Shown here piece after piece: positions 37,552 to 47,716 of a stretch of 64,000 bases of DNA; within the stretch, counting starts at the first letter, position 1; the number at the start of each line of letters is the position of its first letter. The translations under genes were made by a program, and so were the position numbers. The notes under the pieces were generated by a model, which searched no databases, had not been told where the DNA came from, and saw nothing but the letters and a program-made list of their open reading frames with translations. This DNA is from Candidatus Poribacteria bacterium (GTDB taxonomy: Bacteria; Poribacteria; WGA-4E; UBA9662), in assembly GCA_046582655.1 (NCBI GenBank), contig JAYGDX010000259.1, positions 5,250 through 69,249 on the forward strand. The letters run 5' to 3'.

Positions 37552-39328
37552 GACATTTCTCAGTCAACAACATTCCAGCTTTAGATTTCAGTTATTATGC
37601 CTGGTATTTTTCATCTTCAGTTCGTCAGGGTTCGGGCAAAGCACATCTGTATCTGCAACTCTTACACCAGAAACGATTGCTGTTGGTCAAAGCGGCACCT
37701 TTAAAATCACCGTATCAAGTAACAGGCGATTAGAAGCGATTAAACCTCCAGAGCTTGGTTCCTTATTGCCTTCCAGTTTTTACGCCTTCTATCTCGGAAC
37801 GCAGAACCAGTACAATACCATCAACACACAAATGTCTGTGTCGAAAACGTGGTCTTATTCTGTGATCCCGCAAAAAGAGGGCTCATTTACAATTCCAGAT
37901 ATTGTTTTTCCACTTGATGGTAAAAATTACCAAACGCGGCCGATTACTATCACAGTTACGCCGAGGATCCAACCACGAAACCAAACTGATCCTCAAAAAC
38001 GTACTTGGTCTCGGAATTTATTTAATGATCCTTTTTATGGTGGTACTCAAAAAGTTGAAGCCAGTATCGACAATCAATCTCCGTATGTTGGAGAGCAAAT
38101 TACCTATACTTTTCGTTATTTACACACGGCGGTTCTCCCTAGTATCGATTCTCCCAAGTACCAATCTCCGCCTATGAATCGGTTTTGGAAGTCCCAATTG
38201 GGACAACAGGAATCCAAGATAGAAGTCATTAGCGGTACACAGTTTCGGGTGGCAGAAATTAAAACTGCCCTGTTTCCTATGATGACTGGTAGTATCACAA
38301 TTGACCCCGCCACACTTTCCTTGCCAACCTCGATTGGACTTAGCAATTGGTCTACTCCTAGGCAGTTAACGACCGAGGCTATTAAGGTTGATGTACGTCC
38401 TCTGCCAGAAACAGGCAAGCCAACTAGCTTTGAAGGTGTAGTTGGGAAATACCGAATTACATCAGAAGTGGATCAAGCTAAAGTTAAAGTTGGTGAAGCA
38501 ATAACGATGCACGTTAGAATTTCTGGTACTGGTAATATTGAAACTCTACCGGAATTAAAAACACCTGAGATGATTGATCTGACAATTTATGATCCTAAGA
38601 TCACAGATGTTACACAGGATACAGATGGGAAAATTCAAGGGAGTCGGACCTACGAATATGTCATTATTCCATCGAAATCAGGCCGTTTTACAATTCCGGT
38701 AATCGAGGTTTTCTATTTTGATCCTGACAAGGAAAAATATGAAATTATGTCTACTAATCAGATTTTACTACAGATTTTGCCTGGAACTACAATTGAATCT
38801 AAGATTACTTGGTCGGATTCATCAACGTCAGCCACCAATGAAATGAACACTGAAACGGGGCTGTATAAGATTTTCGCTTGGAGTTTTGGTGTTCTATTTA
38901 TTGGTGTTATAGGCATAATTTACAGAATCAGGGTTTATAACCACCAGCAAAGTCAGGTAGACCAACCGAAATTGCAGCAACAGAATGCTTATACGAATGT
39001 GCTTACAATACTTGATCAAGCCCAATCTTTTACCGACCTCGCAAATGCCATCTACAATTACGTTGGTGATAGTTTTGATAATAGCTCGGTTGGACTCAAT
39101 CCAGAAATTGTAAAACAACAACTGCGTTTGGGAAATGTACCGGAATTGTCTATTGATGAAATAGTAAGAATTTTAAGGGAATGTGACATGGCTAGATTTA
39201 CTCCAATTACTAGTCAGGATAGTGAGCTAAAAACAGCAGTGGAACAAGCGAAAAATGTACTTGAAAAGATTAAAGAAGAACTAGGTGAGAAAGGGTACGC
39301 AAAACATGCTAATAAAGTTTCAAGATAA
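37469..39328 (+). CDS. BatD-like protein: signal peptide, large extracytoplasmic domain, single C-terminal transmembrane helix.
   Basis: 619-aa ORF. The hydrophobic leader is FQLLCLVFFIFSSSGFGQS, and a single transmembrane helix (LYKIFAWSFGVLFIGVIGIIY) lies near residue 480, followed by a cytoplasmic tail. The only ATG start overlaps the batC-like gene by 83 nt, so the true start may be a downstream non-ATG codon. Confidence 0.65.
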   Translation: MMSMKFVGRFYAGKLHGRNSQALTRIGKTFLSQQHSSFRFQLLCLVFFIFSSSGFGQSTSVSATLTPETIAVGQSGTFKITVSSNRRLEAIKPPELGSLLPSSFYAFYLGTQNQYNTINTQMSVSKTWSYSVIPQKEGSFTIPDIVFPLDGKNYQTRPITITVTPRIQPRNQTDPQKRTWSRNLFNDPFYGGTQKVEASIDNQSPYVGEQITYTFRYLHTAVLPSIDSPKYQSPPMNRFWKSQLGQQESKIEVISGTQFRVAEIKTALFPMMTGSITIDPATLSLPTSIGLSNWSTPRQLTTEAIKVDVRPLPETGKPTSFEGVVGKYRITSEVDQAKVKVGEAITMHVRISGTGNIETLPELKTPEMIDLTIYDPKITDVTQDTDGKIQGSRTYEYVIIPSKSGRFTIPVIEVFYFDPDKEKYEIMSTNQILLQILPGTTIESKITWSDSSTSATNEMNTETGLYKIFAWSFGVLFIGVIGIIYRIRVYNHQQSQVDQPKLQQQNAYTNVLTILDQAQSFTDLANAIYNYVGDSFDNSSVGLNPEIVKQQLRLGNVPELSIDEIVRILRECDMARFTPITSQDSELKTAVEQAKNVLEKIKEELGEKGYAKHANKVSR

Positions 39329-39818
39329 AGCACCACAAATTGATCAATCCGTGTATATTGCGGAAGGAGTCAAGATTATTGGCGACGTTACAATCGGGGC
39401 TGAAGCCAGTGTCTGGTTTAATTGCGTGTTACGAGCTGATATTGATTACATCAGAATTGGTCAACGTACAAATATTCAAGATGGAACAATTATCCACTTG
39501 GATCATGGATTTCCTTGTATCATTGGTGACGACGTAACGATTGGTCACCGAGCAATCATTCACGGTTGCACCATTGACAATGGTGCCATGATATCAATGG
39601 GGGCAACCATTCTCACGGATGCGCGAATTGGGAAAAATGCGATTGTTGGTGCGGGTGCTGTTGTGTTGGAAGGTCAAGAGATACCTCAAGGTTGCGTCGC
39701 AGTTGGCATACCAGCTAAGATTAGACGTGAGATAATGGAAGTTGATATTGATCGGATTTCCAAAGGAAAAGATGAATACATAAGATTAGCGAAACTGGCA
39801 AGGAAAAATCATGATTGA
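39306..39818 (+). CDS. Gamma-class carbonic anhydrase family (hexapeptide-repeat, YrdA/PaaY-like) protein.
   Basis: Left-handed beta-helix hexapeptide repeats are present (IGDVTIGAEASVWFNCVLRAD..IGQRTNIQDGTIIH..IGDDVTIGHRAIIHGCTI). The three metal-binding His residues align with the gamma-CA pattern. The ATG at 39306 has a GAGAAAGGG RBS. Confidence 0.85.
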   Translation: MLIKFQDKAPQIDQSVYIAEGVKIIGDVTIGAEASVWFNCVLRADIDYIRIGQRTNIQDGTIIHLDHGFPCIIGDDVTIGHRAIIHGCTIDNGAMISMGATILTDARIGKNAIVGAGAVVLEGQEIPQGCVAVGIPAKIRREIMEVDIDRISKGKDEYIRLAKLARKNHD

Positions 39819-40437
39819 GGACACAAGCATAGGACAACAAGATGTCAAACAAGTTGGTTTCTTTCTCTATGATGACATGAATCCGCTTGATTTTGCAGGA
39901 GCTTTTCAAGTATTTGCCTCAGTCAACCGAATTCGTCCGGGCGTCATGCAAACCTTTACCTTTGCGCTGCGGTTACAACCGATAAGGTGTGTGAATGGCC
40001 TCATTATTACTCCGGAGAGCACCTTTTTGGACATTATAAAAATTGATCTAATGATTGTACCAGGAGGAGAAGGTCGAAAGGTTCCAATGGCAAATCCGAT
40101 GATTCAGAGGCAACTTAGGAAACTGGCTAACCAGTGTGAATTTGTAGTTGGTGTTTCTACCGGCACACTAATTCTTGCTGCAGCAGGTATATTACGCGAA
40201 CGTCAGGCTACAACTCATTGGCTGGCCTTAAAAGAGCTGCAAGAACGAGACGATCTCATCCCATATAATTCATCGAAAATCGTACGTGCTGGGCGGATTC
40301 TTACTTGTGCTGGCAGCAGCTTAGCAATTGATACATCAATCTATATCATCCAAGAAACTTATGGGAAACATCTTGCAGACGAAGTTAGATCATTAATCGA
40401 ACACCAACATGCAGAAGTACCTATGATGGCTTTCTAA
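39811..40437 (+). CDS. DJ-1/PfpI family (class I glutamine amidotransferase-like) protein.
   Basis: The 208-aa ORF has the family-typical nucleophile elbow with Ser in place of Cys (VVGVSTGTLILAAAGIL; the family nucleophile is usually Cys). Its start overlaps the previous stop (ATGATTGA). Confidence 0.8.
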   Translation: MIEDTSIGQQDVKQVGFFLYDDMNPLDFAGAFQVFASVNRIRPGVMQTFTFALRLQPIRCVNGLIITPESTFLDIIKIDLMIVPGGEGRKVPMANPMIQRQLRKLANQCEFVVGVSTGTLILAAAGILRERQATTHWLALKELQERDDLIPYNSSKIVRAGRILTCAGSSLAIDTSIYIIQETYGKHLADEVRSLIEHQHAEVPMMAF

Positions 40438-40440
40438 TTT

Positions 40441-41841
40441 TTAATCGTCTTTGTTAATGCGGAGCCATGTCGGAATTTCGATGTCTGTGCCAACGTCGTT
40501 CGGCCTATTTTGGTTTGCTTGTTCGCCAGGTTGTCTGGCAGGTTCTTGGGTACGCATCATTTCCGGCAGATCGAGAGTTTCAGAAGCTGGTGCCGAAGCA
40601 AACTCTCTGTCATCATTGCTCTTTGGCTGATTAGCTTGATCTCTATCGAATGATCGGCGGTTGAACCTCGAATCCCTGCGAGAATTTGGTCTGGATCGGT
40701 GCGAATCACGCGAATCACGCGAATCACGCGAATCACGCGAATCACGGGAGGTATGGCGCGACCGATCTGAGAAACGGTTACTCTGACCAAAACGGCCTAA
40801 AAACTCACTTGAATCTCTAACATCCGCAGATGTATCTTGGTTGTATGAGCTGCCATGCTCAAAACCGGTAGCAATAACGGTGATATTGATTTCGTCATCG
40901 CTAAGGTTATCGTCATAAGTTAAGCCAAAAATGATGTTATCCGTGTCCGATTCTGCAGTAATAACGTCCATGGCATCGTTTAATTCTTGCATGGCCATAT
41001 GTGATGGTCCTGTCAGGTTAACTATAATGCCAGTTGCTCCAGAAATACTGCTTTCCTCAAGCAATGGAGAAGATATAGCATTTTGAGCCGCAACTTGAGC
41101 ACGGCTGTCACCAGCACCTCGGCCAATGCCCATCAACGCGCTTCCTGAATCTTCCATAACAGTTTGTACATCAGCAAAATCAAGGTTAATTTCACCCGGA
41201 ATAGTTATCAGGTCAGAAATGCTCTGCACAGCATTCAGTAATACCTCATCTACCATACTAAAGGCAGCACGCAAAGCGACATTCTGATCCACGTATTCAA
41301 TTAAACGCTCATTAGGAATGACAATTACGGAATCGGTGTTCTCGCGAATTTCCTCCAGTCCCTCTATCGAGTTATCGCCCCGGCGACGACCTTCAAAGTG
41401 GAATGGTCGGGTTACAACACCAATTGTTAATGCCCCAGCTTCTCTTGCAAGTCCTGCAATAATCGGAGCCGCACCGGTCCCTGTCCCACCTCCCATGCCG
41501 GCGGTCACAAAAACCATGTCTGCTCCTTCAACAATGGCCTTTAATTTGTCACGGTCTTCATCGGCAGCTACGCGGCCCTTCTCAGGATTTGCGCCCGCGC
41601 CTAATCCTTGTGTGGTCGTAGCACCAATCTGGACTCGCATAGCGTTATGGCAGGTTGTTAATGCTTGAAGATCGGTGTTCACTGCATAAAACCCCACTCC
41701 AGTCAGGTTGGCTTCAATCATGCGCTTAACCGCATTATTCCCACCACCACCAACACCAATTACCTTGATCCTCGCAGAACCGATTTGCTCATCTTGTTCC
41801 ATATCGAAGTCGATCATGCTTGCGTCTAATTTCGGGTCCAT
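40441..41841 (-). CDS. ftsZ: Cell division GTPase FtsZ.
   Basis: The tubulin signature GVGGGGNNAV and GGGTGTG are present, with a C-terminal linker and a conserved C-terminal peptide (DIEIPTWLR). The start is probably MDPKLD (41841) or MIDFDMEQ (41817). The linker carries an (SRD)5 repeat. Confidence 0.95.
   Translation of the reverse strand: MDPKLDASMIDFDMEQDEQIGSARIKVIGVGGGGNNAVKRMIEANLTGVGFYAVNTDLQALTTCHNAMRVQIGATTTQGLGAGANPEKGRVAADEDRDKLKAIVEGADMVFVTAGMGGGTGTGAAPIIAGLAREAGALTIGVVTRPFHFEGRRRGDNSIEGLEEIRENTDSVIVIPNERLIEYVDQNVALRAAFSMVDEVLLNAVQSISDLITIPGEINLDFADVQTVMEDSGSALMGIGRGAGDSRAQVAAQNAISSPLLEESSISGATGIIVNLTGPSHMAMQELNDAMDVITAESDTDNIIFGLTYDDNLSDDEINITVIATGFEHGSSYNQDTSADVRDSSEFLGRFGQSNRFSDRSRHTSRDSRDSRDSRDSRDSHRSRPNSRRDSRFNRRSFDRDQANQPKSNDDREFASAPASETLDLPEMMRTQEPARQPGEQANQNRPNDVGTDIEIPTWLRINKDD
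40701..40745. repeat. Perfect 9-bp tandem repeat, gcgaatcac x5, inside the ftsZ linker (encodes SRDSRDSRDSRDSRD).
   Basis: Read directly: gcgaatcacgcgaatcacgcgaatcacgcgaatcacgcgaatcac. It is in frame within ftsZ. Confidence 0.95.
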
Positions 41842-41986
41842 TGTATTTTGGTCACATCTGGTAACGCACGTAACCAAGCCTCCTATACCTTAATCGTCAA
41901 CTATCAAAAATTAAGTGAATTCTGTGATTATAAAACAGCAATATTAGTAAAGTCAACAGGTTTTTGAAATGAACTCAGTGGAAGAT

Positions 41987-43228
41987 TTAAAAGTAGTCAC
42001 TGAACCAGTTTTTCATCTGTGATAGAATTTGATTAAATCGATCTTCTCCCTTGATGAAAGATTTTCCATCTGCCACATGATGATTTTGTGATCCCAACAT
42101 TACCAGTCCAACGCCGGTAGCATAAACAGGACTGTTGACTTTATCGATTAATCCTTTTAATGGACGTGGATACCCTACCCTGACTGGACATGGAAACACT
42201 GGCTCTGCTAACTCAACCATACCATTTATTAGTGAAGTCCCTCCAGTCAGTACAAGACCTGCAGGGACTTCAACGCCACTTTTCTTTATCTCTTGGTGTA
42301 TTAGATTTAGTGTTTCTTCCATACGACATTGGACGATTTCAGCTAGGAATTCTCTTGGCACAAATTGCGGTCTATGGAGCCCACCAACTGTGGGTATTTG
42401 GATCGTCTCATTTGGATCAACCATATCTACCAAGGCACATCCTTTGAGGTGTTTGAGTTGAATAGCATCATCAGGCGTCATCTTTAACAACTGGGCAATA
42501 TCATGCGTTAGGTTATCACCACCTATTGATAGTACCTCGGTATGGCGTAACGAACCATCCTTATAAACTACAGTATCTGTTGTTCCTCCACCAATGTCAG
42601 CTAAAGCTACACCAATCAACTTTTCTTCTGCGTTCAAGACCGATTCTGCAGAAGCTATGGGCTCCAACACAACAGATTCAACCGCCATGCCCGCGTCATT
42701 CACGCATGTTGTAAGGTTCTTAACAGCACCAACTGCTCCAGTAATGATGTGTACGTAAGCTTCAAGACGAACGCCGGACATACCAATAGGATCTTTAATT
42801 CCATCCTGATTATCCACTTTAAAGCGTTGACGTAAGGACATAATCTCTTCTCTGTCAGCGGGAATAGCAACTGCTTTAGCTGCGTTAATTGCACGGTCAA
42901 TATCAGATTGCGTGATCTCATGTCCCTCACCTGAAACTGCAACAATTCCGTGTGATGTTTGTCCCATGATGTGACCACCAGCAATCCCAACGTGGGCGGA
43001 TCCGATTTGAACTCCAGACATTAACTCAGCGGCGGAAACTGCTTCGCGAATTGCTGCCGTCGTCAGTTCCATGTCAACCACGATACCACGTCGTAGCCCT
43101 CGAGAGGGAGCAGTACCGACACCGCGAATCTCAATCTTCTCAGGATCTCCTTGCCAAGTGTTTCCGATGATCACGGCAATTTTGCTTGTTCCAATATCTA
43201 GGCCAACAACAATATAATCAGTTGCCAT
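41987..43228 (-). CDS. ftsA: Cell division protein FtsA (actin-like ATPase).
   Basis: The 413-aa ORF starts MATDYIVVGLDIGTSKIAVIIG and contains DIGGGTTD, the actin-fold phosphate motifs. It lies between ftsQ and ftsZ. Confidence 0.95.
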   Translation of the reverse strand: MATDYIVVGLDIGTSKIAVIIGNTWQGDPEKIEIRGVGTAPSRGLRRGIVVDMELTTAAIREAVSAAELMSGVQIGSAHVGIAGGHIMGQTSHGIVAVSGEGHEITQSDIDRAINAAKAVAIPADREEIMSLRQRFKVDNQDGIKDPIGMSGVRLEAYVHIITGAVGAVKNLTTCVNDAGMAVESVVLEPIASAESVLNAEEKLIGVALADIGGGTTDTVVYKDGSLRHTEVLSIGGDNLTHDIAQLLKMTPDDAIQLKHLKGCALVDMVDPNETIQIPTVGGLHRPQFVPREFLAEIVQCRMEETLNLIHQEIKKSGVEVPAGLVLTGGTSLINGMVELAEPVFPCPVRVGYPRPLKGLIDKVNSPVYATGVGLVMLGSQNHHVADGKSFIKGEDRFNQILSQMKNWFSDYF

Positions 43229-44054
43229 CTTGCTTCTTCTCCATTAAGTACACAGCATCTTCAAATCTAAAATCTAAATACACTCCCATCCGCTTTTTAG
43301 CTTGCTTTGCTTGTTTTAGATGTTGGAAAAACAGTTTAAGTCGGTTAACACCAATCACAAGCTGATCCGAAGATAATAGAATCAAGGGCATATTTCTCAG
43401 CCGAACGCGAATTCGATCCGTTTCACTTGCATCAATAGAATCCAGTTCGGAAAAGATTTCTTCTGCTCTTTTCTGGATTAGGTCTAAAACTTTTAAGCCA
43501 GTTTGAACCTGCTCGGACACTAATTGACTACCCAATTCAGCACTCTTACCGATAATTTTTACCAGTGAACTGTGCGAAAGATCGGGCAAATTTAGGTATT
43601 CTAGCACATAACCAGACCGGTCGACAATCATAAAAAGCGGTTTTTTTTCAATTATACATGGGATTTTGGCAGTTTTTTTCCGTTCTGTAATGTTTATTGA
43701 TACAGTTTTCAAGAGATAATGTTTTGAAACAACTGCTTCCTTGATATAATTTAGTTTCTCAATACGTGCTGCAATCTCTTCCTCTGAAACCTGATGAATG
43801 AGGTCACGATTTATTTGTAACCCTGAAGAATTAACAATTTTATCTTGCGTATAAAGTTCGTTTCCCTGAACAGAGATTTCCTCTAGCTGCAAAATGCTGC
43901 TGTTTAGGATTATGCTGTTTACATGTGAAAAAGCAATAATAATTACCAATGCTAGCCAAATAAGCTGACTGATGTTAGTTTTTTCATAAGTTCGTGTGTC
44001 TAAGGACTCGGTAGCCAGCGGTGGAACATATAGTTGTGGAGCATAGATTCTCAT
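43218..44054 (-). CDS. ftsQ: Cell division protein FtsQ (POTRA-domain protein).
   Basis: 278-aa ORF with a single N-terminal transmembrane helix (LIWLALVIIIAF) and a periplasmic POTRA-like region. It sits in the canonical murC-ftsQ-ftsA order, and its ATG overlaps the murC stop (ATGA). Confidence 0.8.
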   Translation of the reverse strand: MRIYAPQLYVPPLATESLDTRTYEKTNISQLIWLALVIIIAFSHVNSIILNSSILQLEEISVQGNELYTQDKIVNSSGLQINRDLIHQVSEEEIAARIEKLNYIKEAVVSKHYLLKTVSINITERKKTAKIPCIIEKKPLFMIVDRSGYVLEYLNLPDLSHSSLVKIIGKSAELGSQLVSEQVQTGLKVLDLIQKRAEEIFSELDSIDASETDRIRVRLRNMPLILLSSDQLVIGVNRLKLFFQHLKQAKQAKKRMGVYLDFRFEDAVYLMEKKQDGN

Positions 44055-45415
44055 TTTTTTAACTGATCCAATAGCTTGTAACCAACTCGCCAGATATCGC
44101 CAGCACCCATAGTGATGACGATGTCATTGGGCTGGACAATATCAATTAAATGATTAACAATCTGATCTTTCGATGGCATGTACGTTACGTTTTTGTGTCC
44201 GTTGGCTTCAATTGCTATAGCCAGTTTCTCCCCAGTCACACCCTCAATCGGTGCTTCATCTGCAGCGTAAATCGGTGCAACAATGAGAACATCACTCTGA
44301 CTAAATGACTTTGAAATCTCATCAGTGAGACGACTGACCCGACCGTATCTATGTGGTTGGAAGATAGCAATTATGCGTCGATCGTAACTGTCGCGTATAC
44401 CATTTAAAGCAGCTTTTAGCTTGGTTGGATTGTGGGCATAATCATCAACAATGATAATATCTTGAACTTCCCCTAAAATTTCGAAACGCCGATGCACTCC
44501 ACGAAACTCTTCAAGTGCATCTGTAACTTGGCTGAATGGTAAGTCCATCTGGAGCCCAGCCGCAATTGCAGCTAATGCATTGGATACATTGTGTTTTCCT
44601 GGCATCTTCAAATGAATTTGGCCAAGTAGATCCCCATACGCTAAAACAGAAAAATGTGACGCTGGTCCATCATGTTTGATGTCTGTTGCCATGACATCAG
44701 CCTTTGTCTCGATGCCATAAGTACAGTAACGTCTTTCAATCTGCGGTATTATCTGGCGGATATTTACTTGATCTAAACAGACGATCGCCGAACCATAAAA
44801 TGGAACTTTGTTGATAAAGTTCAGAAACGCCTGGCCTATTTCCTCAACATTGTTGTAGTAATCCAAATGGTCCGCGTCAATAGATGTGACAACAGCGATA
44901 GTCGGGAAGAATTCCTTAATTGACCCATATGCTTCATCTGCTTCAACTACCATCAGCTCACTATTTCCAATGCGTGCATGACTTCCCAAACTTACCAGTT
45001 TCCCTCCCACAACTACGGTTGGATCTAATTCTTCCAAAACGGCGGCCGTCATAGCAGTTGTTGTCGTCTTTCCATGAGTGCCACTAATAGCAATACTAAA
45101 TTTCATCCGCATAATTTCCGCTAGCATCTCTGCTCCACGAATGATGGGGGTTTTTTGCTCATGTGCGGCAACAATCTCTGGATTCTCTGGCGGAATAGCG
45201 GGAGAGACAACCACAACATCTGCGTTTTGTATCTGTTTGGCAGAATGCTTCTCATAAATATCCGCTCCAATTTTCATCAAATGGTCTGTTACTTCTGTTG
45301 AACGCAGGTCAGATCCAGAGACTTTGAATTCAAGGTTCACTAGTATTTCAGCAATACCGCTTAAACCTGCGCCACCAATTCCAACTATATGGATGTGTCT
45401 TGTTTTTCCAAACAT
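44051..45415 (-). CDS. murC: UDP-N-acetylmuramate--L-alanine ligase.
   Basis: The start is taken at MFGKTRHIHIVGIGGAGLSGIAE, the MurC N-terminal signature. The Mur-ligase P-loop GTHGKTTTT is present. Confidence 0.95.
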   Translation of the reverse strand: MFGKTRHIHIVGIGGAGLSGIAEILVNLEFKVSGSDLRSTEVTDHLMKIGADIYEKHSAKQIQNADVVVVSPAIPPENPEIVAAHEQKTPIIRGAEMLAEIMRMKFSIAISGTHGKTTTTAMTAAVLEELDPTVVVGGKLVSLGSHARIGNSELMVVEADEAYGSIKEFFPTIAVVTSIDADHLDYYNNVEEIGQAFLNFINKVPFYGSAIVCLDQVNIRQIIPQIERRYCTYGIETKADVMATDIKHDGPASHFSVLAYGDLLGQIHLKMPGKHNVSNALAAIAAGLQMDLPFSQVTDALEEFRGVHRRFEILGEVQDIIIVDDYAHNPTKLKAALNGIRDSYDRRIIAIFQPHRYGRVSRLTDEISKSFSQSDVLIVAPIYAADEAPIEGVTGEKLAIAIEANGHKNVTYMPSKDQIVNHLIDIVQPNDIVITMGAGDIWRVGYKLLDQLKK

Positions 45416-45428
45416 AATAATATTACAC

Positions 45429-46526
45429 TTACATAAAATTATAAATTGACTCAGCAATAATTCGCCCTGCGTCAGAATTACCAAGTTTATGGCTTGCTTG
45501 GGACATGCTATCCAGCCTTGCCGAATCAGTAATAATATTGATTATACAGTCTGCTAGTATCTTACCATCTATTTTAAATTGATCTAAAACAATTCCTGCA
45601 CCTTTATTAGCTATTGTTTTAGCATTAGCTAGTTGATCATTTCCCGCGGCATAGGGAAGTGGAATAAATATAGCAGGAATTCCACAAGCGGTAATCTCCG
45701 AGACTGTCATCCCCCCAGCACGACATACCATTAGATCTACGATGCTATAAATTTCTTCTATTCGATCAAAGTAGGATTGTACCACGCTCTTTACCGATGA
45801 CTTATCGTATTTACCGACGACAATCTGCAGATCTTGTCTCCCAGTTTGATGTATCAACTGAAAATGTTGGTTGTGACATTCAAGATATTTCAGTGCCTCG
45901 ATTATCAGTGAGTTAATTGCCTTAGCACCTTGACTGCCACCCATAACAAAAATTGTTTTGAGGCTGGAATCAAGCCCCAACTTCTCGTAAGTATTCAGAC
46001 TGCGTTTAACAGCTGAGATCGATCGACGTATTGGGTTTCCAGTTAACATGACAACATTAGAAGGAAAATACGATGCAGCTGCTTCCAGCGCTAAGTAAGC
46101 CATACGAGCCCAGGTTCCCGCTATTCGATTCGTGAGTCCAGGTGAAGCGTTTTGTTCTTGTAGAAAAGTGGGGATTCGATGGATCCAAGCAGCTAAGAGT
46201 ACTGGCCCAGAGACATATCCTCCTGTTCCAACAACAGCATCCGGTTGAAGCTTAGCCAGAAGTTGGAAGGATTTTATAATTCCCAACAACAACTTTGTAA
46301 TTACTGGGAACCATTTCAATGTCAGCTTTCGTGGAAAACCCGCAATTGAAATTGGTAGAAATTGGAACCCATTTTGCGGTACCACTTTCGATTCAAGTTG
46401 AGTTGCTCCGCCGATAAAAATAATGTCGATATTTGAATCGATTAGCTGCAATTCTTTTGCGATACCTATTGCGGGGTAAACATGTCCACCTGTTCCACCA
46501 CCAGCAATAACAATTCTTGGGTTCAT
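45429..46526 (-). CDS. murG: UDP-N-acetylglucosamine--N-acetylmuramyl-(pentapeptide) pyrophosphoryl-undecaprenol N-acetylglucosamine transferase.
   Basis: The 365-aa ORF starts MNPRIVIAGGGTGGHVYPA (G-loop), and the C-terminal GT28 domain is present. Confidence 0.95.
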   Translation of the reverse strand: MNPRIVIAGGGTGGHVYPAIGIAKELQLIDSNIDIIFIGGATQLESKVVPQNGFQFLPISIAGFPRKLTLKWFPVITKLLLGIIKSFQLLAKLQPDAVVGTGGYVSGPVLLAAWIHRIPTFLQEQNASPGLTNRIAGTWARMAYLALEAAASYFPSNVVMLTGNPIRRSISAVKRSLNTYEKLGLDSSLKTIFVMGGSQGAKAINSLIIEALKYLECHNQHFQLIHQTGRQDLQIVVGKYDKSSVKSVVQSYFDRIEEIYSIVDLMVCRAGGMTVSEITACGIPAIFIPLPYAAGNDQLANAKTIANKGAGIVLDQFKIDGKILADCIINIITDSARLDSMSQASHKLGNSDAGRIIAESIYNFM

Positions 46527-46534
46527 CAGTTCGT

Positions 46535-47716
46535 TCAGACATCTTCATGCAGATGTCGTGATATGTTCAGTAAGATTCCAACGGAAATTAGGGTCATTAC
46601 CAAAGAACTACCTCCATAACTGATAAAAGGTAAGTTGATTCCTTTAGTTGGTAAAAGCCCCGTAGTAACTCCAATGTTTATTACCGATTGGAGGCCAATC
46701 TGAGTGATTATACCAAGCGAAATTAAACTTGCAAATTGATCCGTTGCATAGGTTGCGATGTAGATACCACGCCATACGAACAGCATAAAGAGCAAAATAA
46801 GGGTTATTGTTCCTAGAAGACCAAGTTCCTCTCCCACGATGGCAAAAATAAAGTCATTATGTGGATGCGGTAGGAACATCAGTTTATAAATACTATTCCC
46901 TATACCAGCACCGGTTATACTACCAACGGCTAATGCGTTTAGAGACTGTGTCACCTGATAGTTTGTATCATAAGGATTGGAAAACGCACGTACATAGTCT
47001 TGTATTCGCTGCATTTTGTAATTATCACCCTGCATCCATATAAAAACAAAGAACCCTGCAATCACGCCAACCAGAAAAATTTGTGATATTCGCGCTCCAC
47101 CAGTTATCAAAAGTAGTATTATAACCAAGCTTAATAGTACGGCAGATCCAAAATCAGGCTGAACATATAGAAGAAAAAAGACCAAAGCGAGGATAATTAG
47201 ATTAGGCAGTATTCCCTGCGTAAAGCTTTTAATCCGTTCATGTTTGCTAATGAGGAAATTTGAAGTGTAAATAATCATCCCTAACTTTACTAATTCAACT
47301 GGTTGAAAACCGAAACCTCCCAGTCGAATCCACCGATGAAACTTCATCCCCGACCTCGACTGAACATAATAGCCCAACGGTGTAAAAACCAGTAGCAAAA
47401 TAAGGATGGAAAGTCCAAGTATCCCCTTTGCGTGTTTAGCGTAAAATTGGTAGGGTATCAATGACACAGCCATCATCAGACCTAAACCGCTAACGACTGC
47501 AACCAGTTGGACTTTGAAATAACGGAGACCATTACCATTATAAGTTTGATCTATGAAAGCATTTCCGGTACTGTAAACCATTACAAGCCCAAAACTGACA
47601 AGACACAAAATTAAAAACAGAAACAGTTGATCGATCTGCTTTACAAAGCCAAAAGATGGATTAACCGGTAAAGGGGGATTATAAGATTGGTTGTTTACTG
47701 TGGACCTTAGATTCAA
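46535..47716 (-). CDS. ftsW: SEDS-family peptidoglycan glycosyltransferase FtsW.
   Basis: 393-aa polytopic ORF with FtsW/RodA motifs (e.g. GIGNS) and the conserved C-terminal loop. It lies between murD and murG. The start is TTG, so the coordinate is approximate. Confidence 0.9.
   Translation of the reverse strand: MNLRSTVNNQSYNPPLPVNPSFGFVKQIDQLFLFLILCLVSFGLVMVYSTGNAFIDQTYNGNGLRYFKVQLVAVVSGLGLMMAVSLIPYQFYAKHAKGILGLSILILLLVFTPLGYYVQSRSGMKFHRWIRLGGFGFQPVELVKLGMIIYTSNFLISKHERIKSFTQGILPNLIILALVFFLLYVQPDFGSAVLLSLVIILLLITGGARISQIFLVGVIAGFFVFIWMQGDNYKMQRIQDYVRAFSNPYDTNYQVTQSLNALAVGSITGAGIGNSIYKLMFLPHPHNDFIFAIVGEELGLLGTITLILLFMLFVWRGIYIATYATDQFASLISLGIITQIGLQSVINIGVTTGLLPTKGINLPFISYGGSSLVMTLISVGILLNISRHLHEDV

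Noticed and set aside
40701-40745. The 9-bp x5 direct repeat considered as a possible CRISPR or mini-satellite element.
   Set aside because: The units are contiguous with no spacers, lie in frame inside ftsZ, and encode the (SRD)5 linker. This is a coding tandem repeat, not CRISPR.
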